64,000 nucleotides of DNA from assembly GCA_963422615.1 (NCBI GenBank), contig OY730414.1, positions 1,968,302-2,032,301 of the forward strand. Reading direction: 5' to 3'. Position numbers and translations under genes: made by a program. Each line of letters starts with the position of its first letter. The first letter of the stretch is position 1. Positions 51,161 to 58,990 of this stretch are shown here, piece after piece. Source of the stretch: Longimicrobiales bacterium. GTDB taxonomy: Bacteria; Gemmatimonadota; Gemmatimonadetes; Longimicrobiales; Gaopeijiaceae. The notes below the pieces were generated by a model, which made no database searches, had not been told where the DNA came from, and was given only the letters and a program-made list of their open reading frames with translations.

Positions 51161-51367
51161 CTCTATGCCATCAAGACCCTTTGGCATCTCGTTGGCTGGC
51201 ATTCCGGACATCGAACCGCATCGGGAGGGCCTGCATACCGTGATGTTTTCCGGGTGGCGGTTTGACCGGAGCCGGGGCGGGATCACGCACCGGATGGATT
51301 GGGCGGCGATTTCGGTTCTGGGTCTGACCGCCCTGGCCATGGGGGTCTATCTTCGGGGTTCTCCCGT

Positions 51368-52135
51368 CTACCCCAAGCCGAATCGCACCCCGACACTCAA
51401 GATCGGCCAGTACTTCAGGTATTTGGCCGCTTCTTTCACGAAACGGTCTTCTTCCTTTTTCAAGTTTGATTCCAGTTCGTCAAGAAGGGATTGGGGCACG
51501 TCTGTTCCTGGAATGAGGATACTTTTCAGGCTCGCTTCAGGCTCTCCCGCGAAAGCGACGCCAAGATCAAGAAAAAGTCCCAAACCAGACGCCCCCCCTA
51601 CGGAGAGGCTACTCATCGCATAGGGCATCGCCTTACGGGAGGTTTGCGTGCCCTTGATCCCCTTCAACCCGGCTTTGCCATAGCTGTATTTTATGCCTCC
51701 CAGATCAATGCCCGCCCCTTCGTCCAGGGTGACTTCGGCCACAACTTCGTTCGGCCGGTAGAGTAAGCCGCCGCCGATCCGGAATAACCCGCCTAGCGAA
51801 AAGTCTGCCCCGACGGTGTACCAGTTCTTCGGCAGCTCCAGGGTTGCGCTGGCAACGCCGTCAATCTCAAAATGTTTTGCGGCATCCAGCTTGATGGGTA
51901 ACAGCCCGTAGCCGGCACGAAGTCTCACGGCAGCGGTTCCCAGAGAGACCTCGGGACCCGCCCCGATTGTCCCCACCCTTGCGGAGAACGCAACCTTTTG
52001 GGCTAGGGCGCTATCGGGAAGGCCGAATGATGAGATTGCGCTCAGCGCTATTAGCGCTATTGCAAGAACGGAAACGCGACTGGCTCGTGTTGCTCGGTGG
52101 GGGGTACTTTCCCTCTTTGGCTGTACGATCGTCAT
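51368..52135 (-). CDS. Outer-membrane beta-barrel-like protein
   Basis: Signal peptide (...DSALA), RVGTIGAGPEV, alternating beta strands and C-terminal WPILSVGVRF. Codons are visibly more A/T-rich than in neighbouring genes. Confidence 0.7.
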   Translation of the reverse strand: MTIVQPKRESTPHRATRASRVSVLAIALIALSAISSFGLPDSALAQKVAFSARVGTIGAGPEVSLGTAAVRLRAGYGLLPIKLDAAKHFEIDGVASATLELPKNWYTVGADFSLGGLFRIGGGLLYRPNEVVAEVTLDEGAGIDLGGIKYSYGKAGLKGIKGTQTSRKAMPYAMSSLSVGGASGLGLFLDLGVAFAGEPEASLKSILIPGTDVPQSLLDELESNLKKEEDRFVKEAAKYLKYWPILSVGVRFGLG

Positions 52136-52241
52136 GTATTGCCTAGACCTTGTCTTTAACCGTGCGATGCCAACATACCCTGCCACCAGGCTGAACTGGA
52201 AGGATGCAAGGTAAAGCCGAACCCAAGCATTTCTCAAGGAA

Positions 52242-52315
52242 TCGGGGCGCCCGGATTCGAACCGGGGACCTCCTGCTCCCAAAGCAGGCGCGCTACCGAA
52301 CTGCGCCACGCCCCG
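52242..52315 (-). tRNA. tRNA-Pro(TGG), no encoded CCA
   Basis: CGGGGCG/CGCCCCG acceptor stem, CCTGC-TTTGGGA-GCAGG anticodon arm, GTTCGAAT T-loop. Confidence 0.96.
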
Positions 52316-52496
52316 TCAAAGCTTCCGTCAGTGGAGCTGGGACCCAAACTCGCCTTTTTGCTCCCCGTTGGGTAGGTGGGAACCCCAGGGGAAGCGTTGA
52401 CCCGCCCTCTCAAGCTCGGCGAAATTGTCCATGCGTTCCGACCTCTTCTCGTGCGACCCCCGGGGCTCGCCTCCCGTCTACCGGAGAACCGCCGCA

Positions 52497-53930
52497 GTGA
52501 TTCAGAGATCGAAGGGGAAGGTCCCGGGATCGGTCCCCGTTCTGTCGAAAGGGAAACGCTCCAAGCTACCACCGTTGGCGGTGCCGCCGCTCCTTGTTCT
52601 GTTCCTGCTGGCCGTCGCCTCCCCCCTCACCGGCGCCCAGGCCCCCGGTTCGGAAACCCGCGGGGCCACGGGGGTCCATTCCTCCCCGCCACGGCAACAG
52701 AATCCGGCGCCCGGGGAGGAGATCGAGCCTACCCAAGCCGTGCCCGGCGCGTCTCTTTCGGTTTACCTTCTCACCGCCGAGCCCGGCGACGCCATCTGGG
52801 AGCTTTTCGGCCACAATGCCCTTCTCGTCCGGGATCGGTTGACGGGGCGGGACCACGCATTCAACTACGGAATCTTCGACTTCCGCGCCCCGAATTTCTA
52901 TCTGCACTTCCTTCGGGGCGAGATGACGTACGCCGTCGCATCGGTATCTTTGGATCGCTTCCTCGCCGGATACCGAGGGACGAACCGGCGGGTGTGGGCG
53001 CAAGAACTTGACCTGGAAGTCGCCCAGAAGGCGGAACTCTTTCTGCTTCTGCAAACCGCGGCCCTTCCGGAAAACCGCTTCTACCGGTACCACTACTTCC
53101 TGAACAACTGCTCAACCAAGCTGCGCGACGCTTTGGACACCGTCCTCAACGGTCAGCTCCGTCGGGCAACGGAGCCCGCCCCGTCTCAAGCGACTTGGAG
53201 GGACCATACCCGCCGCCTTACCGCGACCAGCCTCATGGGCTACCTGGGAATCCAACTTCTGCTGGGCCCCAGGGGCGACGAACCCACAACCCCTTGGGAA
53301 GAGATGTGGGTCCCCATGAAGCTCCGGGACCAGGTGGGGGCCCTTGTCGTCACGAAGAGCGACGGAACCCGGGCTCCCCTGGTGCGCAGTGAAGAGGTGT
53401 GGGTGGCGTCCACCCGGGAGCCCGAACCCGTGGCCCCGCCATCCTTCAACCTTCTCTTTCCCCTGTTCGGGCTGGGCGTGGGACTGATCTTCGTGCTCTT
53501 GGGGTACTGGGCCGAAGAGGGGAGTGGGCTGAGTAGAGCCGCCCTGGGCTTCGCCGGCTTCGCCTGGGGAGGGTTCTGTTCCGTCGTGACGCTGCTCATT
53601 GTGTTCATGCACTGGACCGCCCACGAGTTCCTGTACCTGAACCAGAACATTCTCGTCTTCAACCCCGCCGGCCTCGGGCTGGCCGTTCTGGTTCCCCGCG
53701 CGGTCCAGCGCATGGAGACCCGTCCGTGGGACCGGAGGGTCTCGGCATTCGCCGTCGCCTTGGTATTGGCGGCCCTGATCCTGTCCCTGCTTCCGGGTCT
53801 GTCCCAGGGGAACCAGGAGTGGATCGCCTTTGCGCTACCCGTCCACCTGTCGGTCTGGTGGGTTGTAAACCGGATTCTGAGGACCGAGCACGCCCTCATC
53901 TACTCTGCCGCTGCCGGCCCTTTGCGCTGA
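52497..53930 (+). CDS. DUF4105 / Lnb-like membrane protein
   Basis: LLTAEPG, LFGHNAL, FNYGIFDF and YRYHYFLNNCSTK, plus C-terminal TM helices. Start uncertain. Confidence 0.8.
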   Translation: MIQRSKGKVPGSVPVLSKGKRSKLPPLAVPPLLVLFLLAVASPLTGAQAPGSETRGATGVHSSPPRQQNPAPGEEIEPTQAVPGASLSVYLLTAEPGDAIWELFGHNALLVRDRLTGRDHAFNYGIFDFRAPNFYLHFLRGEMTYAVASVSLDRFLAGYRGTNRRVWAQELDLEVAQKAELFLLLQTAALPENRFYRYHYFLNNCSTKLRDALDTVLNGQLRRATEPAPSQATWRDHTRRLTATSLMGYLGIQLLLGPRGDEPTTPWEEMWVPMKLRDQVGALVVTKSDGTRAPLVRSEEVWVASTREPEPVAPPSFNLLFPLFGLGVGLIFVLLGYWAEEGSGLSRAALGFAGFAWGGFCSVVTLLIVFMHWTAHEFLYLNQNILVFNPAGLGLAVLVPRAVQRMETRPWDRRVSAFAVALVLAALILSLLPGLSQGNQEWIAFALPVHLSVWWVVNRILRTEHALIYSAAAGPLR

Positions 53931-54676
53931 GCGGCCGGCAGACGACCCGGCACGGCAAGAAACCGCGCCAGGGCCCGGAAGGCCTTGCCCCGATGGCTTC
54001 GCAGGTCCTTTTCAATTGAGGAGAGCTCTGCGTAGGACCGACCCGTCTCATCGTCAAAGAACAAGGGGTCATACCCAAAGCCCCCCGTTCCCCGGGCGGC
54101 AACCAGAATCCATCCTGAAGCCTCGCCTCGGAAGTGGGCCAAGGAGTCCGGCGCCCAGGGCAGAAAACAGGTGGCGACGCAGACGTAGCGGGCTCGGCGC
54201 CGGGCGGGAGACAGGCCGCTCAGCAACGCCACCAGGTGCCGGTTGTTGGCTTCATTCCGGCTCAGTTCGGGATAGACCCCCGGAGGAGCAAAGCGCTTGG
54301 TGTGAACACCCGGCCGTCCACCCAGGGCATCAACCTCCAGGCCGGAATCGTCGGCGACGGTAGGGAGGCCGCACTTCCTGCCGAAGTAGCGGGCCTTGGC
54401 GGCGGCGTTCTCTTCGAAGGTGGTGAAGCACTCCAGCACCTCTTCCTCTTCGGATGCGGGGATCCCCATCTCTTCGGGAGTCACAAGGCAAACACCTCTC
54501 CCCGCAACCGAGATGCCCGGGTCGGCGTACACGTCGTCCCCCCTGCCTGCGCCCGGCGGAGCGCCGGGGGCGGGTTCGTCGGCCCGTTGCACCCCCGTCC
54601 CCCAGGGGAACGCCCCCAGGATGCGCCTCACTTCCGCCGCCTTGTGGACGCTCCGGGTCGCCAGGAGGAGCTTCAC
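53900..54676 (-). CDS. rdgB: Non-canonical purine NTP pyrophosphatase (Ham1 family)
   Basis: TFEENAAAKA, ADDSGL, GFGYDPLF and SHRG. Carries an insertion near the N-terminus. Confidence 0.92.
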   Translation of the reverse strand: MKLLLATRSVHKAAEVRRILGAFPWGTGVQRADEPAPGAPPGAGRGDDVYADPGISVAGRGVCLVTPEEMGIPASEEEEVLECFTTFEENAAAKARYFGRKCGLPTVADDSGLEVDALGGRPGVHTKRFAPPGVYPELSRNEANNRHLVALLSGLSPARRRARYVCVATCFLPWAPDSLAHFRGEASGWILVAARGTGGFGYDPLFFDDETGRSYAELSSIEKDLRSHRGKAFRALARFLAVPGRLPAAQRKGPAAAE

Positions 54677-54816
54677 GATGGGACCTCGGAGAGGACTGCG
54701 ATCGCACCCGGGACCACGGTCTTCCCGAAACAGACCCGGCCCGACCCCTGGGCGTTGCCGCCCGCATCCCTCTTGAAGGACCCGGGCGCGATCGGGTCCC
54801 GCCTCTCCCCTTTCAT
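54673..54816 (-). pseudogene. rph: 47-codon relic of RNase PH N-terminus
   Basis: MKGERRDPIAPGSFKRDAGGNAQGSGRVCFGKTVVPGAIAVLSEVPS aligns without gaps to the RNase PH start (D..RP.S..R.....AEGS.LV.FG.T.V.....V...VP). Located directly upstream of rdgB. Confidence 0.7.
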
Positions 54817-55316
54817 CTTCCCCTCCGAACCCTCTCTGCCAGGGCACTCGTCGAATGGCCAGCGACAATAGGGATCGTGACGACGGATCCTCCCTGCTCC
54901 TTCACCACCGTCCCCCCGACGACCTCCCGTTCGCGATAATCCCCCCCTTTCACAAGCACGTCGGGGAGTAGCGCGATCACCAGCGCCTCCGGCGTGTCCT
55001 CTTCGAAGAGGGTCACGCCATCGACGGACTCCAGCGCCGCGATCACGGTGGCTCGCGCCTCCTGATCCACGAAAGGGCGGCCAGGCCCCTTCCCCATGCG
55101 ACGGACGGACGCGTCGGTATTGACGGCGACCAGGAGGGCGTCTCCCATCCGGCGGGCCAGGTCCAGGCACTCAACGTGGCCGCGGTGGAGGAGATCAAAG
55201 CAACCATTGGTGAAGACCAAACGGAACGGTCGCCCCGGACCGAAGCGCTCCACGGCCCGACGCCGGGACAGGACCTTGGAAGCAGGGCTACGCAGGATCC
55301 CCGGGGCGGAACTCAT
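54813..55316 (-). CDS. rfaE2: D-glycero-beta-D-manno-heptose 1-phosphate adenylyltransferase
   Basis: FTNGCFDLLHRGH, NTDASV, PDVLVKGGDY and GHSTS. Confidence 0.93.
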   Translation of the reverse strand: MSSAPGILRSPASKVLSRRRAVERFGPGRPFRLVFTNGCFDLLHRGHVECLDLARRMGDALLVAVNTDASVRRMGKGPGRPFVDQEARATVIAALESVDGVTLFEEDTPEALVIALLPDVLVKGGDYREREVVGGTVVKEQGGSVVTIPIVAGHSTSALAERVRRGR

Positions 55317-55436
55317 GACCGGGAGGGACCCCGGCGCCTGTCCCAGCTGGGGCCCGTCCGGACTTGGCCGACCCGGTCAGCATCGGAGGTCCCGACGATC
55401 CGGTTGGGAGCCCTGACCACTCCAGTCAAACAGTCT

Positions 55437-57140
55437 TCAGAAGAACTGGAATACAAGGAAAGCAGCCAGGATGATCGTTACCCAGAGCACCATGCTTCCC
55501 GCCGGCCAGCTCCGAGCCAGAACCCCCCTGGGACCGTGAGACTGAAAGGCACCCCGGAGCACGCCCCGCACCGTCTCGGCCACCATCGCCCGGAAGGCGC
55601 TGTCCAGGGCCGAGACCGCCCCACCCAACCTCTGCACCACGCCGGGAGCCAACCGCCGGTACACCCAGTCCACGTCCAGATTCACCGATGGGATCTCGGC
55701 CGGGTAGATCTTCCACAGGTGGAACGCCGCGACCGCTGCGATGGCAAACAGGAGGAGTTGCAGCTGGGTCAGGACATGGGTGACGTCGTAGGGACTGTAG
55801 TCCACCGGGAAGGGAAGGAGGTTGTACAGCACGCCGGGCCAGACCCCGATGACCACGCAGCCTGCAGCCGCAATCCCCATGGCGGCGATCATGTTCCAAG
55901 GGGGCTCCCGGGTGCGGATCCCGGAGTCGTGGGCAAAGAAGGCAAAGTACGGGATCTTGATCCCCGCGTGCTCCACGACGCCGGCCGAAGCAAAGAGCAT
56001 GACGGGCCAGATCCAAAGATGCCCCTCTTCCAGGAGGGCCGACATGATCATGGACTTGGACACGAAGCCGTTGAAAAGGGGAACCGCCGAGATCGACATC
56101 GCACCCACAATGCACAAGGTCGCCGTCACGGGCATGGTCTTGTAGAGTCCGCCCAGGTCCGACGCCTTCGTCCTGCCCGTCATGTGCATGACGGCTCCCA
56201 CGGACATAAAGAGAAGGCCCTTGAAGAGCACGTCGTTGAAGGCATGGGCCACCGCCCCGTTCACGGCGAGCGCACTGCCCACGCCGACCCCGCAGACCAT
56301 GAAACCGATCTGGTTGATCATGGAATACCCCAGGGTTCGGCGCAGATCGTTCTCGATGACCGCGTAGAAGATGGGGAAGCAGGCCATCGCGGCCCCGATG
56401 AAGACGAGGACCTCCGTTCCCGGGAATCCCCGGGCCAAGGCGTACACGGCCACCTTGGTCGTGAATGCGCTCAAGAAGACCGTGCCCGTGGCCGTCCCTT
56501 CGGGGTAGGCGTCGATCAGCCAGCTGTGGGCCAGGGGAAAGGCCGCCTTCACCCCCACGGCAAGGAAGATGAGCCATCCGGACAGCCCTTCCAGGCCGAC
56601 GAAGTTGAAGGACAGGTCGCCCGTCTGGTGCACCCGCACCATGGCCCCCGCAAGGAGGGTCACCCCGGAGATCACATGGACCAAGAGGTAGCGCATTCCC
56701 GCCCGAATCGAGGCCGACGTCTTCCGGGTCCAGATCAGGAAGACCGAACTGATCGCCAGAAGCTCCCAGAAGACAAACAGGGAAATGAAGTCCCCGGCAA
56801 AGACCGCCCCCAGAGCACTCCCGGCGTAGACCAGGGCCGATACGTGCTGGACCGTATCGCCGTCCTCCTTCTTCAGGTGGAGGGCGTAGGTAACCGCGAT
56901 AAAGGCGGCCAGGTGAAAGAGATACCCGAAGAGGAGGCTCAATCGGTCGGCGCGAACCGGAGTGAGAAGATATCCCAGAAACTCGTATTGGAGCGCGTGG
57001 CCCTCCGACACCCCCGACATGTTGAGGGCCCCGACAACGGGAATGAGGAGGAGGAGCACCTTGCGCACGGGTCCCCGGAAGAGGGGCACCAACAGCGCAC
57101 CGGCGAAGAAGACCAGGAATGGAGGAAGGCTACCCATCAT
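55437..57140 (-). CDS. mrpD: Mrp Na+/H+ antiporter subunit D (third copy)
   Basis: FWELLAISS, WLIDAYPE, FTTKVAVY, AHAFN and PLFNGFVSK. Confidence 0.88.
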   Translation of the reverse strand: MMGSLPPFLVFFAGALLVPLFRGPVRKVLLLLIPVVGALNMSGVSEGHALQYEFLGYLLTPVRADRLSLLFGYLFHLAAFIAVTYALHLKKEDGDTVQHVSALVYAGSALGAVFAGDFISLFVFWELLAISSVFLIWTRKTSASIRAGMRYLLVHVISGVTLLAGAMVRVHQTGDLSFNFVGLEGLSGWLIFLAVGVKAAFPLAHSWLIDAYPEGTATGTVFLSAFTTKVAVYALARGFPGTEVLVFIGAAMACFPIFYAVIENDLRRTLGYSMINQIGFMVCGVGVGSALAVNGAVAHAFNDVLFKGLLFMSVGAVMHMTGRTKASDLGGLYKTMPVTATLCIVGAMSISAVPLFNGFVSKSMIMSALLEEGHLWIWPVMLFASAGVVEHAGIKIPYFAFFAHDSGIRTREPPWNMIAAMGIAAAGCVVIGVWPGVLYNLLPFPVDYSPYDVTHVLTQLQLLLFAIAAVAAFHLWKIYPAEIPSVNLDVDWVYRRLAPGVVQRLGGAVSALDSAFRAMVAETVRGVLRGAFQSHGPRGVLARSWPAGSMVLWVTIILAAFLVFQFF

Positions 57141-57435
57141 CGTAGTAGTCCTCCGACCGCATGACCAAACGCCGAAGTCCCTTTGAGATCAGGATCAACC
57201 CGGCAATCCCCAGGAAACCCAACACAGGGTAGAATATGGGTGCCGCCTCCCACGGGTGATGCCGGTCGCGTTGGAAGAGCAAGTCGGCCGCCGCCACCCC
57301 TGCACAGACGATGAAGAAGCATCGAAGAATGAGCTTCGCCGCCCTGGGGGGAACACTGTTGGCCCGGTGCCCACCGTCCTCTCCGTTCTTCTGTCCGGGA
57401 TCCCCGGCAGGCGCGCGCGCCCCGTCGCCCTTCAC
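57130..57435 (-). CDS. Small 2-TM protein of the Mrp operon
   Basis: GTGA-coupled start. HPWE..PIFYPVLGF...KGLRRLVMRSEDYYD. Confidence 0.75.
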   Translation of the reverse strand: MKGDGARAPAGDPGQKNGEDGGHRANSVPPRAAKLILRCFFIVCAGVAAADLLFQRDRHHPWEAAPIFYPVLGFLGIAGLILISKGLRRLVMRSEDYYDDG

Positions 57436-58892
57436 GGTCCGACCACCATGGACATGAGCCGAAAGAAGGGCTCGGGATAGACGAAGAGAAACAGGCAGGC
57501 CGCGGCCGTGGTCACAATGGCAGCCAGCGAAAACGGCGGCGCCTCCCGGATACCCTCGGGGTCTCCCCGACCTCCCGCCTTGAAGAAGAATCCCTTGAGG
57601 GGAATCTCCATCAGGTAGGCCAGAGAGAGGAGGGAGCTGAGCATGAGCACGGCAACCAAGCCGACTTGCCCCGCTTCCAGGGAGCCCAGGCCCAGGAACC
57701 ATTTGCTCCATGAGCCTCCCGCGGGGGGAAGCCCCACAATCGAAAGCGTTCCGATAAAGAACGCACAGAAGGTCACGGGCATGGTGCGGCCCAGCCCCTT
57801 CAGGCGACTGACCTCCGTCTCGTGGGCCGCCACCATGATGGCGCCCGCACAGAAGAACAGCGTGATCTTGCCGAAGGCGTGCATGGCAATGTGCATCCCC
57901 CCGCCTATGATCCCCCAGCGGTTGGCCAGCATGGCCCCCAGGACCACGTACGAGAGCTGGCTGATGGTGGAGTAGGCCAGGCGGGCTTTGAGGTTGTCCT
58001 TGGTGAACGCCACAAGGGACCCCAGGATGATCGTCGCCGCGGCGACCCACATGAGCCACAGGGAAGCTCCGGTTTCCGTGATGACCTCAATGCCGAAGAC
58101 GTAGACGGCGATTTTCAGGATCGCAAAAACGCCCGCCTTCACAACGGCTACGGCGTGAAGGAGCGCGCTCACCGGGGTCGGAGCGACCATGGCCGCCGGC
58201 AACCACCGGTGGAAAGGCATCACGGCGGCCTTGCCAATCCCGAAGACGAAGAGGGCGAGGAGAACGGTGAGCATCCCCCCGGAGAGGCCGGTCAGAATCC
58301 CCCCGGGTTGGAAGTCCAGCGTTCCTGCGATCCGGTAGGTCCAGACGATCGCCAGGAGCTGGAAGACGATGGACGTGGAAAACAGGATCCCCAGGTACAC
58401 CCGTCCCGCCCGTTTTGCGGCTTCCGTGCCTGCGTGGGTCACCAGGGGGAAGGTGGTCAGAGAGAGGATCTCGTAGAAGAGGAAGAGGGTGAATAGGTTC
58501 GCCGAGAAGGCAACCCCCATCACCGACGCGATGGCATACGCGAAGAAGACGTAGAAACGAGTCTGGTTCTTCTCTTCGTGTCCCCGCATGTAGCCGATCG
58601 AGTACAGGGTGGTCACGAACCAGAGGAAGGAAGCGACGAGGGCGAAGAGAACGCCCAGGGGCTCGGCCTCCAGGGCAACGGGAATCCCCGGAAAGGGCTC
58701 TGCAAGCTCCACGGAAGGACGGGCACCCTGGGTCACGGCGGCATGGATCCGGAATACGACGCCGAAAAGGACTCCTGCGGCGACCAGGCTGGCCGCTTCC
58801 CGAAGGTTGGGACGGTTGCGCAGAACGACGATGAACACAGCCCCCGCCGCAGGAACCAGAAGCGACAGGACCAGCAGGGTCTGGACGTTCAC
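57432..58892 (-). CDS. mrpD: Mrp antiporter subunit D family (second copy)
   Basis: RPNLREAA, FYEILS, WLPAAMVAPTPVSALLHAVAVVKAG and YSTISQL. Confidence 0.88.
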   Translation of the reverse strand: MNVQTLLVLSLLVPAAGAVFIVVLRNRPNLREAASLVAAGVLFGVVFRIHAAVTQGARPSVELAEPFPGIPVALEAEPLGVLFALVASFLWFVTTLYSIGYMRGHEEKNQTRFYVFFAYAIASVMGVAFSANLFTLFLFYEILSLTTFPLVTHAGTEAAKRAGRVYLGILFSTSIVFQLLAIVWTYRIAGTLDFQPGGILTGLSGGMLTVLLALFVFGIGKAAVMPFHRWLPAAMVAPTPVSALLHAVAVVKAGVFAILKIAVYVFGIEVITETGASLWLMWVAAATIILGSLVAFTKDNLKARLAYSTISQLSYVVLGAMLANRWGIIGGGMHIAMHAFGKITLFFCAGAIMVAAHETEVSRLKGLGRTMPVTFCAFFIGTLSIVGLPPAGGSWSKWFLGLGSLEAGQVGLVAVLMLSSLLSLAYLMEIPLKGFFFKAGGRGDPEGIREAPPFSLAAIVTTAAACLFLFVYPEPFFRLMSMVVGP

Positions 58893-58990
58893 GAGACGGC
58901 CTCCCGGAACGCGCCTCTGAGGCGCGGAATACCGGCGGCACACCCTGCCGGCAGAGGACGGGGCAACGCCCGCCTCACGAGACGGCCTCC
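58889..58990 (-). repeat. 16-bp exact direct repeat GGAGGCCGTCTCGTGA flanking a 70-bp spacer; encodes a 29-codon bridging mini-ORF
   Basis: tcacgagacggcctcc at 58889-58904 and 58975-58990. Internal palindrome cgcgcctc-t-gaggcgcg at 58910-58926. Confidence 0.85.

Noticed and set aside
257..57164. Long antisense/alternate-frame ORFs (e.g. 257-1564, 14255-16546, 21522-23483, 45043-46902, 55176-57164)
   Set aside because: Shadow ORFs opposite well-supported genes. They are expected in high-GC DNA and show no recognisable motifs.
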